From the IMG/VR virus record IMGVR_UViG_3300001580_000009: DNA of 64,000 nt; one strand, 5' to 3'. Within the stretch, counting starts at the first letter, position 1; the number at the start of each line of letters is the position of its first letter. A program made the position numbers and the translations under genes. This document shows positions 28,359 to 43,300 of this stretch, one piece after another. Under the pieces are notes generated by a model. The model was given only the letters and a program-made list of their open reading frames with translations, was not told where the DNA came from and did not search any database. This DNA is from an uncultured virus (IMG/VR IMGVR_UViG_3300001580_000009) (lineage: Duplodnaviria > Heunggongvirae > Uroviricota > Caudoviricetes).

Positions 28359-28361
28359 CTA

Positions 28362-31300
28362 TTAAGAAACATCTCCATTTAGGAATTCCGCAGTACTTGT
28401 GAGACTAATTTGTAACGGATCTCCTGAAGTTGGATTGTATACATAAGAATTCCACGTTTGGTTATATTCTTCTGGCGATAGTAAATTGCGTGACAACAGA
28501 CCATAAACTTCAGAATAATTTGCCATAAACGGTACAACACCGGTGCCATTTACACCTCTTTCGATACCATTGATCGTATTGGCTATCGGATCAACTGATG
28601 CGAATCTTATTTCTTCACCGTTAATATAAATTAGATTACCTTCTAATTGAGTAATTACAAGTGAATCTCCCTCAGAAATATATGCTCCTGCTACAATCTT
28701 CATAATCGGGGCTAAATCCTCAATTACGATATCGAAATAAGCATTGGAAATGTACTGACCAGTAGTACTATTAAATACTGTCACTCCGGTCAATGTTCTC
28801 TTATCTGCTGTTAGACCGATATTGTATTGATTATCGATTGCCGCAGGAGTAATTGCATTCTGTGTTATTACGTCAGTAATCCTAGTAACGTCATTGACGT
28901 AAATTACATCATGATAATCATACAATGCTCTAGTCAACCATGTTCTAGATTGACTATTTACACGGTATACATCTGGAGTACCATCCTGACTGACTTGCAT
29001 TAACATTACTTCTTCGCTAGGTGTAGCGGACGGGACAATACTAGTAATGATAACTTCATCACCGGATTCGATAACTTGTAGGATACCTACATCATTGTTT
29101 TCATATAGACGAACGTTGGATGCCATTACCTTGTAACCGTTTACAGTGACCCATAAACGGTCTACATTTGTCTGTTCCCATTGAGTAACACCCATCATAC
29201 CAGTATCATCAGATAGAACTAGAGTGTCACCGTCACGAACCTCAGAAATCGTAAACTCGGTTGAGTTGACTATAGATTTCACAAAATATTGCTGACCTAT
29301 TACTAATCCGCTAAGAGTCGTTTCTCCGACTATGAGACCAGTTTCGCTGAAATAAACCGGTGTTCCTTCGATTAATTCAGAAGTACTATCGACAACAATG
29401 CGATTACTTGTTGATTTAGTTTCAGATGCGGTTGCTGTAGTAAGAGTGAATAATCCTGACTTCCATGCATAGCCACCAGATATATATGCTGTAGTTTCTA
29501 CTACTGGTTGATTTGGTACTAACGGTACGAATGCTGGATCATACGGGGTTGTATATAAATCAAACTGAGTAGGATTAATGACCTTAGCATAATATCTTCT
29601 GCCGTTCAACTGCACGGCGCCCAGGATTCCGTCCATTGTAACAACATCATTCTCAGAGAACAAGTGAGGAATACCTGTTGTTACGCGAATTGCGGGCAAT
29701 CCACCTACTTCCACTGACATATTGCCAGTAGCTGTAGTTACTGTCACTAATGTACCTGCACTATCTTGGATAGTAAATTTGTTTGTTAGATCGTTGACTG
29801 ATCGGACGTAGTAAACTAGTCCATCCGTGTCAATACCACCAAATGTTGTTCCTTTGAATATTACTGTTTGACCAACCGCGAATCCTTCTACTGATTCTGC
29901 AGTAATTTCATTAGTACCGCTATCCGATGCGATTGCTCTTGTTACGGCTATCGGCGCTGTTATTGTATTGTTTATATCTACGATATTTGATACAGCAGTT
30001 CCGCTTAGAATACTAGTTTCAGTATGGATATACTGTCTGTCCGTAGAGTTGAACGTTTTAACTGCGATTGTCGAACCGGATGCTGGAATAGAACTTAAGA
30101 ATGTTATAGTTTGTGTTCCTGCATTGATAATGTATGAAGATAATGATTGCCTTACACCGTCAACTTCTACAATCGCATTTGTAGAGTTAGTTCCGCCCAA
30201 ATAATTATCTAAGCTATATGAAGCAACCCCAGTTGATTCGAATACTTGAGTTTCAGGCAATGTGTAATCATATTGATCAGGAACTGTTTCACCAAACAAT
30301 GTATAAGTGATGTAATCTGTTTCAACATGATATTCTTTAGCAAACACTATTCTAGCAGTTATACCGTCTGGTGTTAATGCGAATGAGTAGTCATTAGTAA
30401 TGAATTGGGCTCCGCCTGTAGCATCAGTGAGAACAACAACCGGACCACCTACAGTTTCGGAAACAGTAAACTCATTAGCATCAATAATACTTTCAATATA
30501 GTATGTTTGCTTCGGAACTAAAACGCCGCCGAACACACATAAACAGAATGTGATCGGATCACCGACTACCATACCTGCCGTTGTTACACAAGTAATTGCG
30601 TTGTTACTAGACTTAGTTCTGGTTATTGTACCGATCTTACCATATACTAGTTTGTTACCATTATGATAAACGATAGGCTCAGACCACACAAGTCCAGTGC
30701 CTACTTGAATGATCGCGTTCATCAAACCAGCGTCAGTAGTCAATGTGTACACAGGACCTGCGACTCCAGTTGGTGTTAGTGGGGGCAATGACACAGTTAT
30801 AGTTTTGTTGATTGCGCTTATAGTTTTGACAATGTATACTTCATCCTCAACTAATCCGCCCAATACACCACCTGAGAATGTTACTGGTTGATTCAATACG
30901 AACCCTTCTACGCTGTCAACTGTAATCTCGTTGGTAATTCCGTTTGTAGCAGTAGCGAATACTTCGGTTGTAATTGTATCTGGTCTAATAATGCCGCCAC
31001 CAGCGAATCTGGTTGCACTGTAGTTACAACTTAAATAGATTTCATACCAACCGGGTTGAGGATTATATCTAATCGGATCGCTTAGTGTGCTAGACTTGAC
31101 CAACTGATTTCCGTTACCGACTTCATAGATATTGATACCTAATAGATCCTTTACAGGAGCGAAAGATATTGGATTATTCAATATTACATTTTGACTGACC
31201 CAATCAATAGTGTAGTCTATGTCACGGTACAATGTTGTGCTGACTTGTGTTGTACCGTTAATAACATAAACAGACATAGATACTGGATTGTTAACAATAT

Positions 31301-34300
31301 TAGCAAAACTGTAAGCCACTTGAGAAGCATCAGTAGGTGCAATTGTTCTAGAAACAACGTTGAATCCAGAATGAGCGTATTCAACTGTAGGCCAATTTGT
31401 ACCCGGGCGAGTTGTTACGATCATTGTCAACTTATCTTTAGTGACGCCTGCTACCAATTCTTCAGGGGCATAACCAGCTAAGAATTGATCACCTTGCACA
31501 TTATAGAATGTTGGATCTACCGCAAGTACGGATGTGTTGTTCCAAACAACGCCATCTGTGCTAGTCAAGATGTTGTTGTTGTCACCTACTACAACAAACA
31601 TATTTTCACTAGAATTGAACGTGACTCCGTTCAAATCATTGGTTGTATTTGTAGTTCTAGTTGTCCAAACGAAACCGTCAACTGAAGTTTTGATGGTTCC
31701 GTTGTCCCCTACAGCAACAAACATCCCGTTAGCATATAGAACATCACGTAGAGTACTTTCAGTTGGGTACTTATACATTAATGTTTGTGCTACGGGAGTG
31801 TTAACATCCAATGCGATTGCTGATCCACCTACTGTGTCAGTAATAGTCAATTGGGTGGCAGAAATGATAGATTCAACGTAATAGGTCGTTGTGGTAATAA
31901 TCGGATCACCTGAACCTATCGGTGTGAATTCTTGTGTAAATCTGATTGCATCACCGACGGTAAAGTTAGATGTATCGCTTACGTTTAGTATGTTCAATGC
32001 ACTGTTGACACTTAATACCAATGTTTCATTGACACCTGACCACACTGTGCCGTCGATACTTGTATAAATGATACCATTTTCACCGACTACCACAATTTTT
32101 GTGCCGTCACTGGTAACACCATACATACCATTACCAGTCAACGAATTAACTTCTGTCCATTGAATTCCATTAACTGAATTAAACAACAGATTAGTATCTA
32201 CTAGCTGAGTTACTCCTGTTGAGTAATCAGGACGTTGTCCTTTACCTACGGCTATAAATCCAGTAAATGCACTTGCAGTAACGGCATCTACACCGTATAA
32301 TTGATTATTATAGGTATTCAAGAAATTATAAGCATCAGACCATAAGTATGTGTCTGTGCTAGTAACAATCTTGTCTCCTACTGCTACATATAGACCATTA
32401 CGGAATGTAACTGAATTCATTTTCAATCCAGCAATATTCAATGCTGTGATATCGAATGGGGTATCGTCAAACGGTGTTGCACCGAATGGGGTGAAGTAAC
32501 CATTCGTAGTCCAATTAACACCGTCATTACTTCTAAAGATCGGGGTAGCGGTATTTCTTGAAGTCATCACATACATACCGCCAGCAAATATTATATCGGT
32601 TAGATTCAAATTATTATTTGCTAATTTTGAAATGTTCCAACTTCCTGTAGGATTAGCCGATGTAACTATTGCTGAATAGTTAGGAATGTTCAATGCGTCA
32701 GGGATGTTGGCTGCCGTAATGTATTCAATGCCATTCCACAATACAGACACGATATTGACGTTAGTAGGATAGAAAGGCTGATCTTGCAGAATAGTATCTA
32801 ACGTGAATTGTTGATCTGGTTCGAATGGGTTACCCAAATATGTAGAATTAGGATATGTTACTCCATAGAACAACTGCGTTAGATCAACGCCGGGCATATT
32901 ATCAGTTGGCTGATAGTAACCCATGACGCGATCCATAGCGTTTAAACGCTGATCATCGGATCTTAGCAATTGCCATTTACCGAATACGAATTCAGTATCA
33001 TTATTACTGATAGTACATACATACACACGATTGTTAAACTTAACAATACTCTGATTGAAATAGAACGGTTCGGGTAGTAAAGCGTATGAACCATTCTTCG
33101 TCATCGTAAACGACTCAGTAGTAGTACCGAAAGTTAACAACACCGGAGATGGTATCGTTGTTGGTTCTTCTAGCAATTGAACGCTAATAGGTGTCAAGTT
33201 ATATAGATAGTATGTTTTACCTGCAACGATTCCACTGGGTACATTTCCAGTAAAGATTACGGGGTCAAATTCTACGAATCCAGTCGTGTCTACGTTAATA
33301 ACGTTAGGAGCAGTACTCGTAGCATTTGCGGATGTGAATCCAGTGAACGGGAACTCATCAAACGGCACTGGTAATGTTAACTGCTCGTTGTAATATACCT
33401 CTACATCCGTAGCTGATACTACCTTGAAGTAGTATTGATTAGATGTGTCAGGAGCCTTACCTGAACGAATTACCTTTTTAATTCCACCGTATGTGTCTAC
33501 TGCATCCACAGTCAATGTTAGATCGTTGCGCGGTGAAGTGCCACCGATTTCAGTACCCGAAATAACAATCTTGTTACCTACAGCAAAACCACTACCAGGA
33601 TGTGTAATGATAGTTCTATATCCGCCTAACACATAGCTTACATCAAATACCGGAAGATCAGCTGGATTGTATGTTTGAGTTAAGTTAACTGTTTTTACTT
33701 CAGTTGTTAGCGGGGTTAAGTTATCGACTTTGATATACTGATTACCTGAACCGTTCATTACACCGTTGTCTACAGCCCAAACCATAGCAGATGATCCTGG
33801 AATATCAGAAATGCTAAATCTCTGCTGATCTGGTTCGATGCTGACGACATAGTATAGATCACTAATGACTACACCGCCTAAACCTGTGCCAGTGAATATA
33901 ATTGGCATACCGACATATAGAGAATCAGTATCACCTACATTTTCGCAAGTCAAATAGATACCCGAAGTGTTGACTACTTTAACTTGAATGGTTCCGATTT
34001 CTGTTACGTAGTATGTAGTAGCAGCCAATAAACCTCCGATTGGGCTATCGAATATAACGGGCATGTTAACACTCATATTTTGAGTGCCTTCACCGTATAT
34101 ATTGAGTGCAACCAAGTCTTGGTTGTTACCGACTACCGCATCTGCTGTGCGCTCTAGTAGATTTTGTATTTGTCCATTGTTAATATTCGGATACTGTCTG
34201 GAAGTCTGATATAAGGTAAAGCGTTGTCCGTTAATCTGACCTGGACTTACTGGAAGCGAAACGTTGATAGTCATGTTACCAGTAGCAGTGGATAGCTTAA

Positions 34301-37300
34301 CAGTATTCTTTTGATTTGTTACTGTCATTTCACCGGTATCATTAGTAACTACTAAAGGTGTACCGCTAGTATCAGCAATGATTAACTTATTACCGTCAAC
34401 AACTTCAAGAATGTAGTATAGTTGGCCAGCTACGATGTTTCCGAACTCAGTTCCCATGAAGATTAACGGATCATTTCTGTAGAAACCAGTTGTAGAATCG
34501 ACAACAACGTAGTTAGAGCCAGCAATAGTCTCGACTGCAGTTGTTATAATGGGGTTTTGTGTTTCAGACATGGTAAATGTCTGACCATCAATCACCGTAG
34601 TTACATAGTATACCTGATTCTCACGAATATTACCAAAAACGTTACCGGTAAAGAAGATTGGTAGATCAGTATAGAAGCCGTATGTACCACCTGTACCTGT
34701 CAAATTAATAGGAATCGTTAACGCATTAGTTATTGCCTGAGTATTGGTTACATTAAGGATACCAGGATAATTAATAGTCAATCTGGTTGTATCTACTACT
34801 TCACCGACAAAGCAACTCATGCCGGCTACCGGGACTGTTGCTTCTACCAATGGTAATACAGAACCATTCTCAGTTAATGACACTGCAAATTGATTTTGGT
34901 TGTAAATCTCAGCGACATAATAGATTTGATCTACTGCTAACCCACCAACCACTGATCCTGAGAACTTGATCGGCATACCAACATAGAAGCCAATTGTTGT
35001 TCCAGAAGCATTTGTGTTGTTTGATCCATCATCTAGTGAAATCAATGTGATACTATTTGGTGCGCTAGAAGTAAAATCTGTGGTACCTGATACTTTTCTG
35101 ACGAATGAAGACCATGTTAATTGCATATCATCATTGACTGCGGCTACTTCAAATCCGATGCCTTGCGCGCTGGCTAGGATTGAGCTAATATTTGGCTCTG
35201 TACTTTGTAGCTTGATTGATGAGCTAGAAACCTGATCACTGTTATAGTAATTACCTGCAAAGTAAGCACCATAATACACTCCTGCTTCCCAATCTATAAC
35301 CTTTGAGTTGTAAGTTGTTCTGTCGTAGCGCAGAGTGATGTTGTTTTCTCTGATTGGGGAAGAACTGGTGATAGCAGATGCCTTAGCACCTAGGTTAAAT
35401 AGGTTATCTGAGCTTGATCCTGCGGAATGCAATTGAATACGGTTACGATCATTTACCGCATCTCTGTAAGAGGCATATAATCCTATCACTGTGCTAGGAT
35501 TTGTCTCTAGCAAGCCAATGTAATACCATTGACCGTCAGTTAAACCACCAACCCCAATTCCAGTTCCTTGCTTATACTGTACAACATCACCTGTTATCAA
35601 ATAAGGTGCGTACAATTGAATTGTATTAAGAGATATATTTACTGTAGAACCGGAGAAGTAAATCTTTGCTGCCGGATCGATAACAATCTCAGGGGCGACA
35701 ACATAGCCTTCACCCGGATCAATTACATTGATAGACAGTATTGAATCCAAACTCATCACTGCTTCAAGCACAGCAGGTTTACGAGGAGCGGGGTACTTGG
35801 TCAGATCAACATACGCAGTAACCTTCGGAGGTTCAGTGTACCCCCTACCTCCATCCAATACTAATACCGGCGGTAGATCAATAGAAATCATTTCACCGGG
35901 ATAATGATCCGAAACTGTTGTATTGTTAACCCCTCTAGTTAAACCAATAAGAATGTTTAGTCCTCGGTCAACCGATGAATAACCAATTTGTTCATCGCCT
36001 ACAGTAATGATTCCGTTAATCGGAAAACCTTGAGCATTCTGCACTGACATGAAATTAGAACTTAATGTTACATACGATTCTAGTTTCGTAATTTGATAAT
36101 CAAGTTGACCAGTTAATCTTACACCAAAGTTATTGTACCAATCAATATATGAGTCTGTGCCCCAAATTGCGTTGTTAGGCAAAAACTGATTATCCCCGCT
36201 AGGACTAGAATAAACTAATTCAGGGGTTACAAATTTCTGAATACCTGTATTATAAGTAGCAGGTAAATCAAAGTCAGTGACGCTACCTTCATATACGTCA
36301 GTACCGGTGTACTTGAATACGAACTCCTTAATAACAACGTGATAAGGTTTAACTTCATTGATATAACCTGCTAAGAAATCTTGATTGTCACTCTGATATA
36401 CTTCGATAGGACGTAGCTCACGAATTGTATGAGCAACGTCAACTAATGAAGTTTTGTTCAACCACGGTAGATAATTTTGATTCTCTGATGATTCAGATTG
36501 AATGTATTCAAACAATAATATTAGGCTCTTGTTTCTATAAATCTGTAGATCATCGATATAAATCTGTTCGTTTAATGCACGAACAATGTAACGAGTTTCT
36601 GTGCTTGGATATTGATCAAATAAACTTGTATCAAAGAAATTATCACCGAAACCAAGTTTAGCTGAATTATAATCCCATAGTGCAGTCTTAAATCTTATTG
36701 TACCATTTGTCAATCCGATTCTAGTCCAAACGTTATTACCGTCATATCTATATGTTTCTGATTTGCCATTAACGCTGTCTGCTACAGCCACGATGGTTCC
36801 AGCTGGTACTTGCAGTGTACTTAAGTCAGCATACATAGGAACTTGTAATACCGCCTTAGTATTGTCGTTATAACCGGCTGCCCACCAATTTGCGAATTCC
36901 CAATAATCGGCAGTGTCAAAGAACTCTCCTGATTCATACAAGAATGATGGGTTGCGAGTCTCTGTTATAGGGAACTGAGCTAAGATTTCATTAGCATATG
37001 TCAAATAATTCTTGACAGCCAAATATCTATTATAGAAGAAACTTTGTCTTGGGCGAGCCAATACACCTGACTGTACTGCTTTCGGCAGATATGGATCCGG
37101 AACAACTGCGCCCAACTCATCTGCACCTGAAATACTATCCAACAACTTGTCGTATAGATAATTAGGTACGGTTGAAGTTCCAAACTTAGGAACTCCGGGC
37201 AAGAAGTCATCGGGGTTGTTTGCTCTTATCAATGTAAATTCATTGTGTACCGGATCGTCGCTTGTGCCCGAAGCGTACCCAATATGTAACACACTGTCAT

Positions 37301-40300
37301 TAGCATTGATATACTCTCCTGAATTATAAAGAGCAAATGTGTTCGGCAGTAGAGGAGCAAAGTAACTAATACCAGATGATTTTGGTTTAGCAATATATTG
37401 CTCGATAATACTGTCGGCTAATGTTTTACCGCGCTTTCTATCAATAATATTGCTATTTCTTACCCAGAAATAATAAACAGGAACAACAATGTTAGAACTG
37501 TTTAAAACGGTCTTAACACTGTATAACAATGAGTCGAACGGTGTGCCATTGCCTTGATATTCAGCAGGAGGAACATTGCTTTCTATCCATGTGTAAACTG
37601 CAACATCGCTGCCCGGGAATACTGTCCCCCAATATTGACTATTGTAGACAACATCATTCTGATGGTAGTTCATGAATCTAACGTTGTAAGTATTGAACCA
37701 TACTTGACCAACTTGTTCGGGACCCCATACCATATTACGCTGTTCTACTAATCCATTATTGTATCCTGCAGGGTCAATGTTTGAAACATAATCAATATTT
37801 TGTCTTACTGAACCCAACAATTTACCTTGCATTGGGTCTAGATAATCCAAATTGATTAAAGTATTGTTAGTCTCAGCACTAAAGATTTGAGTATTCTGTA
37901 CTCTTTCGATATCGACGATAGGAGAACTACTTCTAAAGACACTCCAATCTTTAACTCCCGCATTGTTAACGTATGTCGTTACTTGACCGTTGACGGGGCC
38001 GGGCATGAAATTGGGAGTACCGATAACAACACGATTATCCCGGAAGTCCAATGCTTGACCATAACGAGGCTGTGAACCATATTCTTGATTCAAGTTGTTA
38101 ACGCTTTGAGCATATACAAATTGGCCTGCGTTAATTAAACTTTCATTGTACATCGGTAGATAATCAAACATGTAGACGGCACCTGCATTTATTGAGGTGT
38201 CAATCCACTGTGTTGCGTTATTGTCAAATACTGTGTCGTCGTCTAATGTAGAATTTTCAATGTAGTCGAATGTAGTTGCACTATAACGAGTACCAGTAGG
38301 TGCTGCAATGACTACTGAATCAAAATTATTAAACTTAACCGTTGACCCAAACTGTGTTGATCCTTGCTCATGCGGGCAAGTAATAGTTTGAGTTGCAGTG
38401 TACACAGAGATTCCCAATTCAGTTAATGTGTTAGAATCGGTTACTGTCAACAATAGTTTTTCGTTAGCTAGTGCCAAGTTAGCATCAATGATCTGAATGA
38501 CAAGTTTGTTATCGCTAGTTGCAGATGCTTGGACGTTTGTAATCTTAGCAGCATTTATTGTGTTGGCTACATGTGTAGCATTTCCTGCTGTCAATTGAAC
38601 ATAGTATCCATTTAGCAATAAGTTTCTAGTAGTCGTAATGTTACATGGACTTGTTCCAATAATTACACCGTACTTGCCGCCACCGTTTGTGTAGCGATAT
38701 ACTGCACCTTCTTGATTAGTACTGCTTAATTGGAAGGGTGCGCCAACTAGAATTTCGCTAGCTGATTTTGTTACATCTAATCCAGTGCCGTACTTGACGC
38801 CGATTCTAGGAGCTTCACTTGAAGTAAGAGTTTGAACTAGTGTAAATTTATTGCCACCGATAGATATAACATCGCCTGCATTTAGAGTACCTGTGTAAAT
38901 GAATAAATTACCGATAGCACCGTAATTATTGTCCTGCACAAAGGAACCGTTAACACAAACACACAATGGAGATATTTGTACGTGAACACTAATATCCACA
39001 GCTCCTGCAGCAAGTGTTAATGCTGATCCTTCTCTTGATAAACCAATCTTTATTTTGTTGGTAGATGCAGATAGGATGTAATAAACCGTGTCAGGTGAAA
39101 TGCCACTATTAGCGAAGTCTGCTCCCGTAAACATTACGGGTAACCCAACATAACTGGTCATCGTAGAGCTACATACGATTTCATTTGACGCATTGACAAC
39201 CGTAGAGGTTATTGATCCTGTTTGATCAGGAGTCCATGCTAAAGCAAATGATTGTGTAGATCCTAGTGTAGAATTGTACTGTACTTCTACATTTTCAACT
39301 GCACGGCTGTAAATGTATGCTGATCCCCAATTCTCGATAGAACCTGAGAAATCTTTATTAGGAGCACTGACAACTAATGTGTCACCGTTATAATCAGTAG
39401 AGACAGCAGATCCAAAGCCATCACCAATTGACAAATCAATACGATCAATTATAGTTGATAACTCATATGAGCATTGTGTTGCTTTACCAGTGCCGGTGCC
39501 TGCTCCTGTTGCAATAAAGCTTAAACCTGCTTCGCTTGTAAACGCACCAATAGCTTCAAAATCAGTGTCACCTACTTCGGTAATCGTATATGTCTGACCT
39601 ACTTTGAAGAATCCTGCTGAAGTGTGAATGTTTTGTTTTCTGTAAACATAAACTTTATTGACATCAACAGCAGATACATATAACCAATTTGTATCTTCTG
39701 ATATTGCCAATCCAGTACCCCAGTTAGTAACACCGACTGGAGCATTAATTGTTTGATACGGTAATAGATCATCAACCAATTTGCTGTTAGCAAGTGAATA
39801 CACATAGACTTTTGGTGTTGCGCTTGTGGGCTCAGATACTACAAATATATCTTTACCGCGTGCAATCTTAGCACCGAATGAGGATCCATTAGTAATGGTC
39901 TGATTTAGCACCCATTGCTTGGCCAAGTCGTTATAAACATAACGATAAATCTGACCCTCACCCTGGTCACCTACTAAGTAACCAATTCTATTTCCTGTAG
40001 CTACTGCACTACCGAACAACTCACTAACGTCTTTGGTTATCTCTTGTTCATGTTTATAATTTAATTCTTTCTTGAATACAGCCCAAGAACCGTCTGCGTT
40101 TTCGTCTACCCATACAGTATTTGCCGTGAATTCTGAACTTAGTAATGGTAGAGAGTTAATTGCAGCCGGTGTAGATACACGTTGCTGTTGGAATTGCAGA
40201 CCGATACCCTGACCAATAATTTCTTGTGTCGCAGAACCATCTAACGACAAGTTGATTAGAATTCTGTATGGATCTAATAATTGAGTGACTAAGTGATAGC

Positions 40301-43300
40301 CGTCAACATTAACATCAAAGTTAACAATCGCAAATATCTGATATTTTGTTAAATTATGTGGCTTGTTGAACGTAATTGTCACTGTTCCATTTAAGTTTGG
40401 ACGTGCGCTTATTACTTGACCAATTGATGCAGGAGAATAGACTTGCCATTTCTCTAAGTAATTTGCTAACCAAACATAATCTCTAACATAGAAGTCAGTG
40501 AGTGGGACATTGACGCCATTCTTATTGACTGCTTGATTCAAGTTAGAGAAGAAATAAGCAGCCATCTTCACATCATTAAAGTTTACATAACCAGCATCAG
40601 GGTAAACTTTTGAGGGTGAACTGTTAGGAATGACCGAAAGTATATTAGCAGAAGTTACTGGTCTAGCGTAATTGTAGATAGAGTACAAAGGTACTTCCTG
40701 CTGAGATCCTTCAGTGTATAGACCTTCAGTTAAAGATACGATAGATGGGTTACCTGTTAACTTAGATTCGTTTAGTTTGAATTCAACAAAGTTGTCATTC
40801 AATACACCGCCGAATGTCCCTGCATTGATTGCCCAATTTTCATAAACTTCGTAGTCAATTCCACCTTGAGGTAGAGTAGCACCCTTGAATGCGCTTACAG
40901 CATTCAATGTACCCTTACTCTTGATCATGTTTTGATAAACGTTGATCTGTGTGATATCAGTTAAATCGGCTAATGCCAAATAATCACGTGGTCTGTAACC
41001 AATCAAGCTAAAGCTCAATAGGTCAGCATCGGACTCTAAGTTGGCTCTGTTAGAATCATAATACAAGGTACTTTCGTATGAACGTGTGCTACTGTTAGGT
41101 AGCATACCCTTCTGAACTTCATTGTAATCTGTTACGCGCCACTCTTTTTCGTTGAACTTTTCTTGTGGTTGCACGATTTGTAGAGCGACCCAGTACTTGT
41201 TCTTGTACTTAACGATTTCACCCTTTGTGTATTTTCTTTCTTTAGTCCATTCAACAACATTGTCTTGATTGAGGATAAAGCCGCTAGCGGTAATAGTACC
41301 GTTCCATTCTGCAGTCTTAGTACCACGAACTAAAATTCTTTGTTGACGTAAACCAGTTGTAAGATTGTAAATTACGTCATCGAATAAAGTGACGTTATCA
41401 AATACAATACCGTGCTCAAAGTTTGTTAGATTGAACTGTCCATAAGCGATGGTGTCACCTTCATTTAATGGTTTAACATTAAACACTGTGCCGTCACGAA
41501 GTATAGACAAATCAATGTTAGGGATAGGATACAAATCTTGATTTAGAATGAAGTTTGACTGCTGCATTGTCAATGGTTGAACAATACTACTATCCTTATC
41601 AAACATAAATGATTTTGCAGCGGGGTTAAGAGTAGTGATACTACCTTCTTCCCAACCAATTTGAGCCCAGTACAAGAATTCAGCTACCATTTGTAGCCAA
41701 TTAATTTCTAGTCCGAACTCTATTTCATTAAACTTAACACCCTTATTTTCTAACCAGGCGGAATAGCTCATTAAGAACTGAGCTACTTCTTGTGGGGTTG
41801 AGTAAACAGTGCCATATGGTACAATGACTTCATCCGTTGTATAATTCTGAGCAGTTTTAGCTTCTAATTTTTCAACGATTGTATTATCCCAACGACCATC
41901 AATCTTAGGAGCTAAAGTTCTGAAGTATGCATAATTCTGTGAGTTACCGTATACAGCATAACCACCCTTACGAATCTGAATTACAACACCACTGTATGTT
42001 AATTCAGTGAATGGTTGATTGTCGTATAAGAGTACGCTATAGCTTTCATCTGGAATTAACAAACTAGCGTTCTTAGTATTAGGTGTTCCTTTTTCAACGT
42101 AGAACTTTAACAATGTCTTGTCACTGAAACCGGCTAGACGATATACCAAACGAACGTCTAGGTTGTTTAGTAGAGTCTTAATTTCAGTTGTAGCATCAAC
42201 ACCCAATTGTTTCTCATAGTCAACGATCCAGTTGATATAGCTAGTTTTTGGTGTGCCGTTACCATAGATTTCAATATTATTGATTACTAAATGGCTTCTG
42301 TCGTTGACAAGATACTGATTAAATTCTTCGTTGTACTTGTAATTGTCTAAATCAGCACCTAAGTTAAAGAATTCTGCCGGCTTTGTTAAAGCTAGAAGTT
42401 TCATTAGGTCAAACGGCCAAGTGCTGCTTCTACGATAGCTTAACTCAGCAGGTGCATCATCACCGATCTTCCAATCTCTACGGAACAGTAAGCTGTTGTA
42501 GTTACCAACAATTACTTTTAATGGTGAGAGCAATGTGCCTGCAGTATCTACCGGAATTACTTTCAATAGATTTGGTCTAACGTACTCTGGCATTACATAT
42601 GAATCACCGTTATTCCAGTTTAGACCTTCAGCTAAGTCATTCCATAGAATTAAGTTTTCACTTGTGTATGGGGCAGGACCATATCTATCTTCCCACCATA
42701 CTGGTTGACTAGTAAACCCTAACATTTCCCATGGGGTTGTGTTGGGTGTTGTAGTGTCGTAGTAGAACTGATAGATACCACGCCAGAAACCTTGCTCAAT
42801 TGGCTTCTTGTCTATTCTGTTACCACTCTCAAAATAGTTGTAAGTCCACTCATCATATGAGTTATAGAACTGCTCTTTGTATTCAATACGGTTCTGACCT
42901 ACCCAATTCAAGAAATTGTAACTATACATTTCTAGAATTTCATTGTATGCGTAGTCTGTTTCTCTGAAGAAGCCAGGAATGACTTCAGTTTCTTTAATTG
43001 GTAATGCACCACTCAACTTGAGGTTGTTGTAAACACGCTTTTCAAATTCAAACAATGCCTGATCACGATAGTCAGTTAGAATACCTGTTACAGGGTTGTA
43101 GTTACCATAAAGTTTATTGTATGAACCATCATGTCCTACGATAAACCATGTAGGTTGCATGTACTGACTGTCTTGCAATACCTTAGGCATTGTAGCAGGA
43201 TACAGACCCAACTTAGTCGGTGTGTTAGGTACATATGAACCATATGTTTGGTTGTATTCTTTGACTATGATCTTGTCGCCGGCTACCAAATCAGTTGTCA

